Below, one piece after another: positions 23,832 through 36,912 of a stretch of DNA of 64,000 nt. Position numbers and translations under genes: made by a program. Below the pieces are notes generated by a model, which worked only from the letters and a program-made list of their open reading frames with translations, was not told where the DNA came from and did no database searches. Origin of the DNA: Callorhinchus milii (Eukaryota); NCBI RefSeq assembly GCF_018977255.1, contig NW_024704743.1, positions 72,480,001-72,544,000 of the forward strand, written 5' to 3'. Every line of letters starts with the position of its first letter. Position 1 is the stretch's first letter.

Positions 23832-24815
23832 TCCACATGTATGCGGATGACACCCAACTCTACCTCTCTGCCTTCACCCTTGACTCCAGGACTACTGCTG
23901 TTCTGATAGAATGTCTGTCAGACATCAAGTCCTGGATGAGAGCTAACTTTCTACAGTTGAACGTCAACAAGACCGAGGCTCTCCTGATTGGCTCCCGTCA
24001 GCACCTCCATACCTCAGGCACTGACAGCATCACCATCCATGGTTGCTCACTCCACCTTGATAAGCCAGTCCGGGACCTTGGGGTCTTGTGTGACCCTCAA
24101 ATATCCTTACTATCCCACATCTGCGCCATGACCTGCACTGCATTCCTCCACCTCCACAACGTCCAACGGCTCCGACACTGTCTCACACCACAGGCCACCG
24201 AAACCCTCAAACATGCCTTAATTACATCGAGGCTCGACTATGCAAACTCACTGCTTCTCGGCCTCACCAACTCCTCCCTCCACAGGCTGCAGATCATCCA
24301 CAACTCTGCAGCCCGTGTCCTCTCCCACACTAGACTCCACGACCTTATCACCCCCATCCTCGCCCAACTCCACTGGCTTCCCATCACACAGAGGATGCAG
24401 TTCAAGATCCTGGCCCTCACCTTCAAAGCCCTCCACAGTCTTGCTCCCCCCTACCTCTCTGACCTTCTAACCCACTATCACCCTGCTCGCTCCCTCCGCT
24501 CAGCAGGCTCCGGTCTGCTTCACGTCCCCCATCTTGCTCGCCCCACTATCGGCAGGCGGGTTTTCTGCCACTCTGTACCCACCCTCTGTAACTCCATCCC
24601 ACAGTCCCTCCATCTCGCCCCCTCCCTCACCACCTTCAAGACCCACCTCAAGACCCTCTTCTTCAATCGTGCTTTCGATCTCCCTGCTTCCCCCCCGCCC
24701 TCCACCCTCCCCAATCCTGACCCCCAACTCGGGTCCGTAACTCTGTCTGTCCAGTGCCTTGGGACATCCTCCCGACGTGAAAGGAGCTATATAAATGTAA
24801 TTTTGTTGATGTTGT
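23832..24815 (+). mobile_element. L2 LINE, 5'-truncated at the YADD motif; ORF2 remainder uninterrupted (ORF 23837-24970)
   Basis: YADDTQLY, WMRANFLQLNVNKTEALLIG, SRLDYANSLL, LHWLPITQRMQFKIL; L2 tail at about 24750-24815. Confidence 0.96.
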
Positions 24816-26034
24816 GTTATTGTATTATATATGATACATTATACAATGTCTACTTGGCTGAGTCACAAGGATGTTCCCAGGACCCAGGGATTGTAGTTGA
24901 GCAAGAGCATATATCAGGAGAAAATTGGTTATTCATATTAGTTAACAGAAGCAATATGGACCAGAACTAGGTAAGTTTTCATGACGTGTTGTGTATAAAG
25001 CAAGCAGGAGAAATACATTAAAACATTTCTGTTAATATCTTAAACACATGGAATTTCAAATAAGGAGACAACATGGAAAGCACTGACAAGTTTAGACACA
25101 TACTGAATATTTGGTATTTTGAGGGAAAATATCATACCAAAGGAATGATTTGGGTAAATCATGATGAACTGTACTTTCAACTAAATAATTGAATAATACA
25201 TTGAGAGGCTGTGCTTCTCAGCCATGTCTTCAACTTATGGCAACCTGGTATTCACTTGTTTTTACATATAAGTCATGGAAAGTTCCCCAGATTCCTTCTG
25301 TTTTTTTGACTGCTAAAGATTAGATTGGAATTGCCAGCAGCCTTTGCATATTTCCACGCAACATCCACCGACCCCTAGCAGAGAAAGTGGTGATTCATTG
25401 CAACAGATTTTGATTGGTATAGTAACATATAGGAAATAATTTCAATGTAATCTACCTGCCATCTGAAGGCAAATGATAGATTATAGTAAAGTATGTGTGA
25501 AGTAAGGAAGATCCATAACAAGTTCATAAATTTCATAAAGGGGCCTTGCTGCCCACTGCCATAGTCAAATGATTGCTTGCAAGTTATTTGTAAGCAGAGA
25601 GACAACCAATGTCATGATATAATGATATCAATTATGCTTTCCAATATACTTTTAAAATATTTTTTAAATATAAATTTGAGATAAATTATGTTGTATATTG
25701 GTTCCTGTACTAGGTACAGGCAGGAGCAGGGAGAGGAACCAACTAGGTTTCGATAATGGAAGCGTGCAAGAAAATTGGGCATCAGGGAATATTTCCACAG
25801 AACTTTCTTCAATAAATTAATTAAGTGAGATACAATTTATAAAATATGAGTAGGCTTAATGGAATAAAAAATACAGAGCTCTTTTCTTGTTTCGCATTTC
25901 TTATGTCTCTATAAGGAAAGTGATTTTATAACAATCTGAAGGTTGGATTCATTGTTAGCAGTGTAGTTGAACAATGTTGTAATGTTACCAATGTGATCAC
26001 TTCTTGTTCTTCTATATTGCCATGAACCTTAGTT

Positions 26035-26430
26035 TATAATAATCCTTGAATTTGATGTAGTGCACCATCATATTGCCAAGACATCAAGTGTAGTGACTGA
26101 GAATGTGTAGGTTAATGCAACAGCCAATTTGTCCATGGTAATGTCCCACAAACTGGCATGAAGTGAATGACCAATTTTATCTTGAGATTGTTGGCTGGAA
26201 ACCAGGAGAAACTTCCTTTCTTTTCCAAATAGGGTCACAGGATCTGTACCATCCACTTGAACAAGTAGTCAGGAACTCGGTTTAATGTCTCATCCAAAGG
26301 ACAGAATTTCTGGCAATGCAGCAGTTCCCCAGCACTGTATTGAAGTATCAGCCTAGACTGTGAGTCCAAAGTTCTCGACATGGGTATTGAACCCACAACC
26401 TCCTGATTCAGAGGCAAGAGTGAGCCAAAC
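26035..26430 (-). mobile_element. Older Deu-domain SINE (SacSINE1-like), near full length
   Basis: Head with ggttgtgggttcaatacc, ctaggctgatact..., Deu centre, tail. Confidence 0.85.
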
Positions 26431-26829
26431 TAACACTTAATCGATATCATTCAGTGGGTAATTCCTAAGATTTAGAGTTACTGTAACATCACAACCTATT
26501 TGAGTTACCAGTTTCCTGGATCTCTATAAAAGGCAACAAGCATATTGCATAATAGATCCCAAGAAAAACAATGTTCTGACATGGGCTTGACGTTATTCAC
26601 CTCTTCACCTGTCTCCATTTCCTAATTCTGGTTCTTTAATCACCAGCTCTTCAAATACTCAGCCGATTTTGTAGAACATAATTTTTTAAAAAAATTATCA
26701 AGTAAGGAAAGCCAACTGCCAGGTTGTCTAGCACCAATGGGAAAGCAAGAGTTATCACTGTGTGGCTATCTGCTGAATTGTCTCACAATATCTTAAGATC
26801 ACAGGAGAGGTACCGATAAAGAGGTCCTT

Positions 26830-27130
26830 CATTTGATCTCATCTTTCCAGAATATTAAGTCTACTCGCATTACAGTATCAAGCTTAACAGAATCCAGCAT
26901 CCTGATCTCTATTGCCCTTCCTGGTAATCTATTCCAGCTATTAATTATTCTCTGTAAAGAAGTACATTCTAGTGTCTGACTGAAATTGCTCTGCGCAACC
27001 CTGAACCTGTGCCCTCTTGTCCTGCTGCCTTGAAGGTTTGTTTTCCCAATACCATTTAGCATCTTATGTATCTCTATAAAATACTTGTTTCAGAAGTCTC
27101 TTTTCCAGTATGAAGTGCTATAACTTATTT
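26830..27130 (-). mobile_element. Old CR1 3' fragment
   Basis: SRTRGHRFRV...SWNRLP. Confidence 0.75.
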
Positions 27131-28094
27131 AGTCTCAGATAAGGAAGCTTATATTAGGTCAGAGGGCTATATGATTTTAAAAAGTTAAATTAGTTCATCT
27201 GCTTTCTTTAAACATGAAGTAAATATGCACTGATGGATTTCTATAATAACCTCCAAAATGTTCCAGTTAGAATTTGCCATTCAAGACATACTGAATCAAG
27301 GCCCTTCATTTGATCGTGACAATAGTCCTAACAATTTGCTAATCTGTGTTTTCATCAGCTTCTGCTATCTGCCTGAAACAGAAGATCGTATATAACTGAT
27401 AGAGTTCACATTGTTCTGACCTTCTTAAAGCTCTGTCAGCCTTCTTGATCTCAATAGCATTGTGCACATGGTAGCCCAAGCATTGGAGCCAGTGTCCCTC
27501 TAATTTGCATCACTGCCTGGAATTATTGTGCCAAAGGCAAGGAGGTAAACTGTGGCATGCATTTACATATCAAAATAGAAGAAACTATTTTTTCCCCATT
27601 AACCATAGCACAATATCCCAGAAGGCTTATATGGCCTTCAGCTCCCTAAGATCAATTTTCCTTCAGTTTCAGTCTGCATTTAATTAATGTTGACATTTCA
27701 AACCTATTTTTACTTCTTCATCAGATTGTGTTCCTTTTCATTTTAAGTTTGTTCCTTTTGGTATTTCTCTAAGCTACAGAGAATAATTGGAAATGAAAAG
27801 ATAAAGTTACACTCTCCATCCTCTGCTCTGTTATAATGTGCTTCCATTACTTTGACATTCTGTATTTCTTCAGGGACCTAGTAAATTAATTTAAGACAAT
27901 CTGATGAATTTCTATGTTTCAGAAAAAGAATATAAAGTTTAATAGATTGGACATGATTTTTCCTCAAGACATTTATGGTATTTTTCTCAAACAGTAAATG
28001 AAAATATGGCAATGAAAATAAGTACAAGTACAGACTAAAAGTTTTGATTCTTCACTAAGAGTTTGCAATGAGAAAAGGTCACTATATTTGTAAT

Positions 28095-28450
28095 AATAAT
28101 TATTATCCTCGTATTTGATAAAGCACATCATTATATCACCAAAGCACTTCACAGGATTTCTGTAAAGTGTTTATTGTATTTTTATCAAAGAACACGGTAA
28201 CCAAATTGTCCCACAAATTGTCTACAAATTGTAGACAGCAATGTCCCACAAATAGCCTTGACCCATTTTATCTGGAGGACCGGTTGGACAGAGAGTGGAA
28301 GAAAATCTCTTCTCTTTTTGAATGGTATCATGGGATCTTTAACGTCCACCTGAATAGGTTTAACATCTCATCTGAAGGCTGACACCTTGACAATGCAGCA
28401 CTACCCCAGAACTGTGCTGGAAAGTCAGCCTAGACTCAGAATCCTGACAT
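28095..28450 (-). mobile_element. Older Deu-domain SINE
   Basis: catgggatctttaacgtccacctga...tttaacatctcatctgaa...gtcagcctagact. Confidence 0.8.
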
Positions 28451-29844
28451 GGAGCATGGGGATCCTCTACAGTCTTTACACTTTGTCTCAAGGTGCCTTT
28501 AAGGCACTCAAGCCATGTTACTCAGAAGTTTTACCATTTGAGTGTGTTTACAATCCCACTGTTTTAGAAAAAAGAGAGCCCTCTTGGGCAGAAATATACA
28601 AAGGATTTTTTCATTGACAGTGTCGATGATGGTGACATATAAATATGCTATTCAGCAGGCGGTCTTTTTGCACTTGGTTTAATTCAGGCAGCTTGCACTT
28701 TACATTAGCATTCACATCAGCGAGCTGAACACGAGAAAGTGTCCAAGAACCTCTGTGAGATATACAGACGACAGCAAGTGCCAACAATCTCCTTAGATTT
28801 AAACAATGCTCCGAGACTGATTTTTCAATAATCAATGATACCTTGTTTGAACCTTGAACATTATACACAGTGAGGTGACTCAATCCTTAGCAGTCTGGAT
28901 TTTCACTGCTGTCTTATGTACTGTATCTTGGAAGACAATTCCACACAGCCCATTTTAATATAGCTATAGATCTAGGAGGTGGAAAATGCATTATCTGATA
29001 TGCCCAGACCTTTCTATCAACTGCAGTTTTGGTCACCTTCTGTCACCCCCACCTTCCTCAGCTCCCCCCTGCCACCCCCAGCTCAGGTTCCCACTCAGCT
29101 GGTCAGCAAACACCAGGATGATTTATGTTCCCCATCAAATTCAATCCATTATTGATTGGCAAGCCTTCAGCCACTCTACCCCTGCTCTCAATGTCTCTCC
29201 TCTTTGCCTCCACCCTTTCTGCCTTAAAAATCTGTCTTAAAACCCATCTCTTCAACCACAAATTCAGCCATTTTCCCCTTGCTCAGCTCAAACAATCCCC
29301 CTGGCCTTTTCTTAATTGGAAATTACAATTACATTTTGCAAATTAAAAAGGAAAGCTGCTTCTTAACTGGGCAGGGTTTCTTTCCCTCGGATCCACAGCT
29401 TGTGATTTTGTTGGAAGTACTTTACTCAGTTCTGAGTTCTGCAGGTAACATGTTGTTGAACCATTTGACTGTACACAAAAATAGATGAAAAATGAGCATT
29501 CTTCCACTTTACAATCAAACAACCGAAGCAAGGGCAGCTTTGACTACTTTGCAACTCGAGCACCTGATATTGTTGCAAACTCAAACTCTTTATTGGATTA
29601 CATTTGTCTTATTAGACATGGATTGTAATATGGCCAAACCACTTAATTCATCAGAACAATAGCTGCTGTGGGTGAAAATATATACGATTGCTTGAATGCT
29701 TTGTTTATTTCTTTTTGGTGCATATTTTCTCATTGAAGAGATGGGTGTCAGCATTGAGAGTTGAACACTTCCATTCACTTAATGGCTATTTGTGGGACAC
29801 TGTCATGCACAAATTGACTGCCGCAAGTGCCTACAGAAACAGTT

Positions 29845-31950
29845 ATAGAATCATAGAATATTACAGCATAGAAGGAGGCCATTCGGCCCATCATACATGT
29901 GCTGGTTCTTTGGAAGAGCTACCCAATCAACAACAGCAACAAAATTATATTTGTATAGCACCTTTCATGTCAAGGCACTGGACAGTCAGTGTTTTGGACC
30001 CGAGCTGGGAGTCTGGATTGGGGAGGGTGGAGGGCAAGGGGGAAAAGAGGGTGCTCGAAAGCACGGTCAAAGAGGAGGGTCTTGAGATGGGTTTTGAAGG
30101 AGGCAAAGGGGGGGTGAGGCGGAGGCACTGTGGGATGGAGTTCCAGAGGATGGGGGCAGAATGGCAGAAGACCCGCCCGCCAATGGTGGGGCGATAAAGG
30201 TGGGGGACTTGAAGCAGGCCAGAGCCGCTAAGTGGAGGGAGCGGGCAGGTTGGTAGGGGGTTAGGAGGTTGCAGAGGTAAGGGGATGCGAGGCCATGGAG
30301 AGCTTTGAAGGTGAGGACCAGGATCTTGAACTGTATCCTCTGTTTGATGGGAAGCCAGTGGAGTTGGGAAAGGATGGGGGTGATAGGGTCATGGAGCCTG
30401 GTGCAAAAGAAGACATGGACTGCAGAGTTTTGGATGATCTGCAATCTATGGAGGGAAGAGTTGGGAAGCCGACAAGCAATGAGTTTGCATAGTCAAGCCT
30501 GGAGGTTATGAATGCATGTATGAGGGTTTTGGTGTCCTGCGGTGTGAGGCAATGGCGGAGTCGGGTGATGTTGTGGAGGTGGGGGAAGGCAGAGCGGGTC
30601 ATGGCACGGATGTGGGGTAGAAAGGATAGTTGAGGGTCAAACAAGATGGCAAGGTTCCAGACTGGCTCAGTAAGGTGGAGTGTGCATCCATGGATGGTGA
30701 TGCTGTCAGCGCCTGAGATGTGGAGGCAGTCCCTCTCCCCTGTTCTTTCCCCATATCTTTGTAATTTTTTTCCTTTTCAAGTACCTATCCAATTCGCTTT
30801 TGAAAGTTGTTATTCAATCTGTTTCCACCACCCTTTCAGGCAGTGCATTCCAGACCGTAACAACTATCTGGGTAAAAAAAATTCTCCTCTTCTCCCCTCA
30901 GGTTCTTTTGCCAATTAACTTAAATCTACGTGCCCTGGTTACTGACCCACTGGCCAGTGGAAACAGTTTCTCCCTATCTCACTATCAAAACCCTCATAAT
31001 TTTGAACATTTCTATTAAATCTCCCCTTAACCTTCTCTGCTCTAAAGAGAACAATCCCAGCTTCTATATTCTCTCAACATAACTAAAGTCCCTCATCCCT
31101 AGTAACATTCTGGTAAATCTCCTCTGCACCCTCTATAAGTCCTTGATATCCTTCCTATAGTGTGGTGTCCAGAACTGGACAAAATACTCCAGCTGTGGCC
31201 TAACCAGTGACATATAAAGGTTTAGCATAATTTCCTTGTTTTGATACTCTATGCCTCTATTTATAAAGCCAAGAATCCCATATGTTTTTTTTAACAGCTC
31301 TATCAACCTGTCCTGCCGTCTTCAAAGATCTGTGTATATAAACCACCAGGTCTCTCTGCTATCGAACCCACTTTAAAACTGTACAATTTAGTGTATATTG
31401 CCTCTCCTCATTCTTCTTCTCAAAATGCATCACCCCACACTTCTCTGCATTAAACTTCATCTGCTATGGGTCTGCCCATTTCACCAGTTTGTCTATATCC
31501 TCCTGTAGTCTGCTACCACCCTCCTCACTGTTTATTACATTCTCAAGTTTTGTGTCATTTGCAAACTTTAAAATTTTGCTCTCTATACCCAAGTCCAAGT
31601 CTTTTATATATATCAAAAAGAGATGTGGACCTAACACTGACCCCTGGGGGACAACGTTGTATACTTCCCTCCAGTCTGAAAAACAACCATCTACCACTAC
31701 CCTCTGCTTTCTGTCTCCCAGCCAATTTTGTATCCATACCGCCACTGTCCTTTTTATCCCATGGGCTTTGATTTTGCTAACTGGTCTATTATAATAATAA
31801 CAACCCTTACAGACATCTCGCCTTCTGAAAGACCATACACAGTACATCAATTGCACTACCTTCATCAATCCTATCCGTTATTGCATCAAAGAACTCAATT
31901 AAGTTAGTCAGACATGATTTGTCTTTAACAAATCCGTATTGACTGTCATT
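29845..31950 (-). mobile_element. CR1 LINE (RT to 3' end) split by a nested L2
   Basis: QYGFVKDKSCLTNLIEFF, WIQNWL.DRKQRVVV, VPQGSVLGP, KFANDTKL; the 3' terminus at 29845-29928 joins 30728. Confidence 0.93.
29929..30727 (-). mobile_element. L2 LINE 3' fragment nested in CR1
   Basis: SRLDYANSLL, LHWLPIKQRIQFKILVL; (aac)n tail at 29929. Confidence 0.94.
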
Positions 31951-32289
31951 AAAGCAACGCTCAGATGCTGAATTGCTGATGTGTTGCTGTTCTGGATTAT
32001 GACCATTTTTTTGGAACGCAAAGGCAGCATCTGAGCATTGTTTTACAAAGTAAATTACACCATAACGACCCTCTTTCCTCAAAACTTGCCAATTTGGTCA
32101 TCAAACTTATCACAGTGGTAAGTTTCTGAACACCTCTTTGACTTCAGCATAATGGTGGAGCTCAAAGATCTCCATGCTCCTCATAGTCTACTTGAGGCAA
32201 TTAAAATAGGATCACTACACTTCACAATAAAATCCAGTGAAGTGTTTTGGCACGTTTCAAGGCCTTATATCAAAGGCAAGGATTATCAT

Positions 32290-32508
32290 TATTATAATAA
32301 TCCCTCCAAAAAACAAAACAATAATAAATTGGTCATTTTCAATCCACAACTGTTTGTGGGACACTGCTGTGCGCAATTGGCTGCCGCGTTTTGCCCACAA
32401 ATATATGGTCAATTCACTTTACAGCATATTCTGTGAAGCACTTTGAGACGTCTTGAAGATGTGAAAAGCGCTATATCAAATGCAAGGATTATTTTTATTA
32501 TTATTATA
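32290..32508 (+). mobile_element. tRNA SINE 3' half
   Basis: Deu-like centre and tail. Confidence 0.88.
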
Positions 32509-32654
32509 ACAAAAAGTCCTACACCATTAAATATTTACTATATTGAATACGTACCCAAATGAAGCAAAATGCTAGCTGTTATTAAGATAGAAACATAGGA
32601 GCAAAAATTCTATCAGTTCACATTAGATTGGATTTGACTGCCCCTGTAACATTA

Positions 32655-32701
32655 ATCCAATAGTTTAGTCCGAAAGATCCAATAGTTTAGTCCGAAAGAT
32701 C
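32655..32701. repeat. Perfect 22-bp tandem duplication
   Basis: atccaatagtttagtccgaaag x2. Confidence 0.95.
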
Positions 32702-34199
32702 TTTTTAACCTTGTTTGTCTGCCATCTTGAATTGGCATTAAGTGATAGTCAGTCAATAATGTTTTTTTGAACCATTTTTTGGAACACAAAGGCAGCATCT
32801 GAGTGTTGCTTTAGAGGATATCAGTGGAGTTAAGTCAAAAACCTATTTTAATTGCTCAAGTAGACCATGGAGATATTTGAGCTCAACCATTATGCTGAAG
32901 TCAGAGAGGTGTTCAGATACTTGCCACTGTGACAAGTTTGATGACCAAATTGGCAAGTTCTGAGGAATCCATGGAGAGAAAGGAGGTATTTATGGTATAA
33001 TTAACATTAACTGTATTGGTTCTTTCAATCAATCCTATCCGATATCCTTTCCTGAATGCTTAATATTGTAGTGCGGACCTCTGAGCCAGGAAGATGCAGA
33101 GCCGCTGAGACGGTTCTACACCCCTATATGTATACCTACGATATGGCTCATTCCCTCTCGCAGAGTGTACTGGGTGGCCTCTGTGTTCAATCCTCACTAA
33201 TGATTGTAAATCCCTATAACTAGGTGTAAGTTAATGTAAAGTGCACGAAAAACCAATCTCTGACTACTACTCAACAATAGTCAGGGCATGTACCTTCTGA
33301 TGTAATTCGTGCCTTTTTATGGGTCAATCAAAATCATCTTTTAAGTGACCTAATAGGGAAACAGTGCACCCTGCTATCCACTTATGCAAATTATCAACAG
33401 TCAGATACCCCGCCAAACTGCAGCAGTCAACACTGGAGTCAGACTTGATGGCACAGGAAACATCACAAACAACTCTAAATACATGAAAGATGCACCCAAA
33501 GGGCTTCTCAGGCTGGCCAACACTTCTAGTGAACACATAAACCCCACAGAACACATTCTAAACAACAGACAGGCACAGAAAACAAAGGGGTGGCTGTAAC
33601 AACGTAAAGAGATTCTCACTATAACACAGGTTTAATCTCAGGGGGAATGCAGAACAGCAGCACAACAGTGGAGGAGTGCAGATACCTGGGCTTGCGGTTG
33701 GTACCTGTTACCCTCTTACAGATCTGAGCAATCCCCCACCTTGTTCTAATCATTAACCAAACCTCAGAACCTATATAGCCTAGACCTCATGTTCCCTGGC
33801 TCAGCACCACCCTTCTCAACCCCAGCATGCAAGAGAGAGATGGAGTTTTATTATCTCCTTAAGAAGGCACTGGCTCCATCTCTCAAGCTTTCCTGCCCTG
33901 GGATACTTGTGCCCACTGCACTATAAGCTATTTAAGAACAAGTGTTATATTTGTCTTTGTCTAGTAGGTGGAGTAGTGAACATTTAATCCCTCACACAAT
34001 AGGTAATTATGCATGATTCCAGAGGTTTGGAATTCTAGCTAGTCTTAGCCTGTATAAAACCATTTCATCTTAAGATTTAAGAAAGTTGTACATTTTTTTT
34101 AGCTCAGTCTTCATTTGGAAGGTGCTTCTTTTTAAGACCTACATAAAATGCTCTAAACTAAGAGCGAATTTTAAAAAAAATCTGAATTCTGCACAATCT

Positions 34200-35340
34200 T
34201 ACATTTTAACACAAAATGGTCTAACATACAAACAATAGGGCAACTTGGATCAAATGTTCTTGTAACTGTCTAAAATGAACAGGGAGCCATTTAGATAGCA
34301 GCTAAACATTTGGATACAAACTGATTTCTTTTCATATGAGCTACCAAAAATATTACCAGGAAAGGTCGTTGTCCGAAATCTATTTCTAACCAAGCTTCAT
34401 AGCAGCTTTGATCTAAAAATATTTGAGGATGTTTGAGGGTGGCTTTGTTCTTTTTCATGAAAATGTGCCAAGTTATCCCTTTTATGGTATACCGCCAATC
34501 TTTTGCGTGCTAAGTTTATCAAAGTATCAGCAACAGTTTGCATTTATATAGCGCCCTTCATATAAGAAAACATCTCAAAGGTGGGGTCAGGTGCCAAGTA
34601 AAGAAGAGGGGAATAATAATAATAATAATAATAATCCTTGCATTTGATATAGCGCTTTTCACGTCGGGAGGACGTCCCAAAGCGCTTCACAGAACACACT
34701 GTAAAGTGAATTGACTGTATATTTGTGGGCGAACGCGGCAGCCAATTGCGCACAGCAATGTCCCACAAACAGTCGTAGATTGAAAATGACCAATTTTATT
34801 ATTGTTTTTGGTTTTTGGAGGCATTATTATTAGGCTCTGTGTGGAGTAAGGAAACTTGCCCAAGGTTTCGCCCTGACCTGCCTGGAATTGAACTCAGGTC
34901 TCTCACTTGCAAAGCGAGTGCTCTAACCACTGAGCTACAGGCCTCCACAAGGAATGAAAGCGGGGAGGAAGACTATAGGCACAGTTGAAGGGGTAGATAA
35001 AGGCAACAATAGCCAAAGTAAGATTGAGCCAGTTGTTAAATTTCACATTCATTATCAGAATGAGACAGTTTCCATCTCTGTTAAAATACCAATTTATTCT
35101 TAACTATCAATAAAATTTACAGTCCATAGGAAATCCATGGAATAACCCTACTTCCAATGATATTGTGCAGTCTAATTAATGTTGAATTGGTTTTCCAGGA
35201 ATTATTAAATGACTGTTCTTCAAAACATGTGCACTCTTTTCTTGGTCACTCATGTTTGGCAAAGAGTTTAGACAAAGTCTTCTATTGCCCAGTCATTCCA
35301 GTTTAGCTACAAATTTAACTTACCCTACAGCACACTGCAG
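34200..35340 (-). pseudogene. hAT relic, middle of catalytic domain, split by a SINE
   Basis: LIIPGKPIQH*LDCT / HWK*GYSM (cf. LP..KLIQDV.TRWNSTY.M) at about 35.15 kb; FRSKLL*SLVRNRF and SLFILDSYK (cf. LDPRYK) at about 34.3 kb. Confidence 0.45.
34612..34947 (-). mobile_element. Young tRNA SINE, full length
   Basis: Near-identical to 10392-10710; (taa)n tail. Confidence 0.94.
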
Positions 35341-35379
35341 AGGCAGCAATGACACTTCCCTTAGGCTTTATGTGATGAC

Positions 35380-35815
35380 TGCCTACATTCTGCAGCTGAA
35401 TGTTGACAAGACGGAAGCCATACTCCCTGGCTCCCGTCAACATTTCCTAACCTGCAGCTCCAACCTACTTTGACCCACCCAATCCCTCAGGCTTACTAAA
35501 CCGGTGCGCAACCTAGGCATCAGGTTCAATCTGCAGCTGTCCTTCCTACCCCACATCCGGTCTCTGACCAGACTGTTTTTCTGTACCACCACCATATCAT
35601 CTACCTCCAACCATACCTTGCAACCAATGTAGCTGCCTTTTTCCAATGCCCTCCTCGCTGGTCTCCCCAACTCCATCATTCATAAAATCCAATTAATTCA
35701 AAACTCCATCACCCGTATCCTCACCCATACTAAACTCCACACCCCATTACTCCAGGCCTTACTGGGCTCCACTGGCTTCCTATTGCAGAACCGATCGATT
35801 TCAAGTTCCTGTTTC
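35380..35815 (+). mobile_element. Old L2 fragment
   Basis: LQLNVDKTEAIL; LHWLPI. Confidence 0.8.
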
Positions 35816-35899
35816 TATGCTGTACGTTCTTTGTAGATCACTGGCAATCTTTTTAAATATGTTGTAACCAGTAACAATCTCAACAATCGTTACATGGAG

Positions 35900-36090
35900 T
35901 GTCAGCCTGATTCAGTGGTAGCACTCCCGCTTCTGAGCCAGAAGATTGTGGGTTCAATCCCCACATCGAGACATAGAATCACATAGTCTAATCTGACACT
36001 CAACGTAGTGCTGCGGGGTGCGGCTTTGTTGGAGGAGCCATCGTTCTGATGAGATGTTAAACCAAGATCCCATTGACCTGTTCAGGTCAC
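35900..36090 (+). mobile_element. Older Deu-domain SINE 5' part
   Basis: gtcagcctgattcagtggtagcact...gtgggttcaatcc. Confidence 0.78.
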
Positions 36091-36520
36091 AAAGCAATTC
36101 GCAGGTAATTGCTGTCAAGTGTAGTGAATGTGACAAACATGCAACATGACAGTACATGTCTAATAACAGTCCAGCAGTTGGAGTAGCAGCAATAATAGGT
36201 TGCATTATCTTGGAGGAGCAGCAGAAAACTAAAGCACTCAAGAATGTCAATATTACAGGCAAAAAGTTAGCTGCTCTCAATTAACTGAAGAGCAATGCAT
36301 CTGCTGCCTGAGACTTACAAGGGGTTGCTGTGCAGGAGACTTGCCATCAAATTGAAAATGATTTGCAAGGTACATTTGCAGTCATTTTATCTTTCTCTCT
36401 ACCCGTCAAAGTGACAACATGTCTTAATGCTGATACAATGAGCTGGTGACATGTATGGGCTGAGCCAGTATTCTGTATGCTACAGTGCAGGAGGACAAGG
36501 AAGCACTGTGCCAAATAGTT
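36090..36520 (+). pseudogene. Possible hAT N-terminus (BED-finger-like)
   Basis: AVKCSECDK / TCNMTVHV, later CAGDLPSN and YNELV. Confidence 0.3.
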
Positions 36521-36912
36521 GAATTAACCTTGAAGGGGTCAGTTTTTAAGATGGATTTAAAAAGAGATAAAAAGAGGGGAAAAAAAGTTTTTTTGTCAGC
36601 TGGGTATCATAATGATCCTTGCTTGTGATATAGCACCGTTCACATCAGGAGAACATCTAAAAGTGCTTCACAGGATATACTGTAAAGTGTAGTAACTTTT
36701 TTGTAGGCAAACACCTGCATTAATGCCTAAATTAAGACTCAATTTGTTAAGAAAATTGTCAAGTCAAGAACAATATGAAATTTCGAAAGATAAGATAATT
36801 TCGGCCAAAGGACCCAGCCAATGCACAGAGAATGAGCTGCCTCACATAGCAAACAGTGAAACCAGGTATAATACCTTATTATAGCATGGATCCCAACCAC
36901 TGTATTATAACT

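Larger units (their letters stand above)
25250..28880 (-). pseudogene. hAT/ZBED1-like transposase relic, near complete, interrupted by SINE and CR1 fragments
   Basis: Ordered motifs: NVKCKL..HHHRH (BED-like, about 28.7 kb); H*LNAD*N*RKIDL and VNGEKIVSSIL (about 27.6 kb); WLQCLGYHVHNAIE (about 27.47 kb; cf. LQCFGH.LH.AIE); SADSHTVITLAFPLV (about 26.75 kb); VAFYRDP; QRLLAIPI*SLAV (about 25.33 kb). Confidence 0.6.
31949..32813. mobile_element. Kolobok-like non-autonomous DNA transposon ends (21-bp TIR, right end present twice)
   Basis: ttaaagcaacgctcagatgctg (31949-31970) is inverted to cagcatctgagcattgtttta (32025-32045) and cagcatctgagtgttgcttta (32793-32813); TTAA+AG terminus. Confidence 0.5.
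32052..33002. repeat. Inverted duplication of about 160 bp: 32052-32210 vs 32842-33002
   Basis: Core of about 100 nt differs at 7 positions by eye; arms encode a hAT-like ELANLVIKLVTV..SE..FSIMVELK. Confidence 0.9.
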
